From: Neoechinorhynchus agilis
Taxonomy: Eukaryota; Animalia; Acanthocephala
Assembly: GCA_051530055.1 (NCBI GenBank)
Contig: CM121341.1
Span: forward strand, 10,456,784-10,520,783
Direction: 5' to 3'
Length of the DNA stretch: 64,000 nucleotides
The notes beneath the pieces were generated by a model. That model was not told the origin of the DNA. It was given only the letters and a program-made list of their open reading frames with translations, and searched no databases. The position numbers and the translations under genes are program-made. Shown here piece by piece: positions 62,354-64,000 of the stretch (the first letter of the stretch is position 1; every line of letters starts with the position of its first letter).

Positions 62354-63433
62354 GGTGTAAACTAAGTTGCCCTACAAGGCTGAATTTGGGCACACCGTCC
62401 ACCGATTTTTGTCCCAAGGTGAGATTTATTATCGTTGTTTCTGTATGTTTTCTCCTTTGCCCACAGTCTACATTCTACTTTACTGAGAGTGGGTAAAGTT
62501 ATGGTAATAAATGGATAAGTTTGCTGCAATGTTTAGATGATCACCGGTGTAAATGAAGTTGCCCTTCACGGCTGAATTTTTATCACATATCCCACCGATT
62601 TTGGTCCCAAGGTGAGATTTATTATCGTTGTTTCTGCATGTTTTCGCCTTAGCCCACAGTCTACATTCTACTTTACTGAGAGTGGGTAGAGTTATGGTAA
62701 TAAATGGATAAGTTTGCTGCAATGTTTAGATGATCACCGGTGTAAATGAAGTTGCCCTTCACGGCTGAATTTTTATCACATATCCCACCGATTTTGGTCC
62801 CAAGGTGAGATTTATTATCGTTGTTTCTGCATGTTTTCGCCTTAGCCCACAGTCTATATTCTACTTTACTGAGAGTGGGTAGAGTTATGGTAATAAATGG
62901 ATAAGTTTGCTGCAATGTTTAGATGATCACTGGTGTAAATGAAGTTGCCCTTCACGGCTGAATTTTTATCACATATCCCACCGATTTTGGTCCCAAGGTG
63001 AGATTTATTATCGTTGTTTCTGCATGTTTTCGCCTTAGCCCACAGTCTACATTCTACTTTACTGAGAGTGGGTAGAGTTATGGTAATAAATGGATAAGTT
63101 TGCTGCAATGTTTAGATGATCACGGGTAATGAAGTTGCCCTTCACGGCTGAATTTTTATCACATATCCCACCGATTTTGGTCCCAAGGTGAGATTTATTA
63201 TCGTTGTTTCTGCATGTTTTCGCCTTAGCCCACAGTCTACATTCTACTTTACTGAGAGTGGGTAGAGTTATGGTAATAAATGGATGTTTGCTGCAATGTT
63301 TAGATGATCACCGGTGTAAATGAAGTTGCCCTACACAGATGAATTTAGGCTAGCAGCGCACCGATTTTGGTCTCAAGGATAGATTTATTGCTGTTGTTTC
63401 TGTATGTTTTTTCCTTACTCTACTGTCTACATT
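62354..63433 (+). repeat. 193-bp tandem array (about 5.5 copies), left arm of a foldback-like structure
   Basis: Period 193 (62480, 62673, 62866). Confidence 0.95.
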
Positions 63434-63547
63434 ACCATATGGCGAAGTTTGAACATCCGCTGTTGTGCCGATGTGATCCAGTGGACCACAGTTCCTAATC
63501 CCTGTTTGAGTCAAGGGATCTCGAAGCGCTTATCTTTGATGACTTGC

Positions 63548-63640
63548 AACCAAAGGGGACGAAATACAGCTGAAGGGAGGCGAAAACTTGCTGATAAGTA
63601 CCGCCTCCTCGGGAGGTATCTGAGAGTCCGGAGGGATTGT
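63548..63640 (+). ncRNA. Degenerate paralogue of the rearranged hammerhead (core CUGAUAA)
   Basis: GGGAC(63556-60) GAAA UAC ... CUUG CUGAUAA GUACC ... GGUAUC(615-620) UGAG; the G8-to-A change predicts inactivity. Confidence 0.55.
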
Positions 63641-63698
63641 TACAAACTCATAATCGTACGGTCTTGGGCATTGATCGTAGACCAGCGCTTCCCAGACC

Positions 63699-63942
63699 GA
63701 AATTGGTGGACGGTGTGCCCAAATTCAGCTGTGTAGGGCAACTTAGTTTACACCGGCAATCATGTACGCATTGCAGCAAACATCCATTTATTACCATAAC
63801 TTTACCCACTCTCAGTAAAGTAGAATGTAGACTGTGGGCAAAGGAGAAAACATACAGAAACAACGATAATAAATCTCACCTTGGGACCAAAATCGGTGGG
63901 ATATGTGCCCAAATTCAGCTGTGAAGGGCAACTTCATTTACA
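63699..63942 (-). repeat. Inverted copy (about 1.3 units) of the 193-bp repeat, right arm
   Basis: Reverse complement matches GGTGTAAACTAAGTTGCCCTACA..GGGCACACCGTCCACC and the rest of the unit. Confidence 0.95.
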
Positions 63943-64000
63943 TTTGAATTGATATACATGCTCTAAAACCGTTAATTACATTCTTAGTTCTTGGAAAGTA

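Overview
Eukaryotic window from an AT-rich, fast-evolving, compact-genome animal (inferred from divergent actin and RPS13, mostly 40-70 nt GT-AG introns and several intronless genes; the species cannot be named from sequence alone). Genes recognised: NUDT14-like Nudix, group I PAK kinase, PTPDC1, actin, RPS13, PHF20-like Tudor/PHD protein, UFSP2, makorin, ALKBH7, SETDB1, plus one orphan ORF and decayed gene remnants. Mobile and repeat content: decayed CRE-, RTE- and L2/CR1-type non-LTR fragments, three tandem arrays (110, 68-69 and 193 bp), a circularly permuted 1.7-kb duplication and several small dispersed families. Main finding: at 17568-17636 all conserved parts of a hammerhead ribozyme (CUGAUGA, GAAA, AUC cleavage triplet, stems I-III) are present, but the three strands are in a non-circularly permuted order, with the catalytic strand nested inside the stem III loop. 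Three degenerate paralogues occur in the window, one at the centre of a foldback-like element. A second family of palindromic elements carries Penelope-type minimal hammerhead motifs on both arms. Other notable points are a TIR-bounded 180-bp insert without canonical splice ends next to the UFSP2 catalytic Cys, and an upstream PAK exon that would add an N-myristoylation motif. Four single-base frameshifts in otherwise intact genes look like homopolymer assembly errors.
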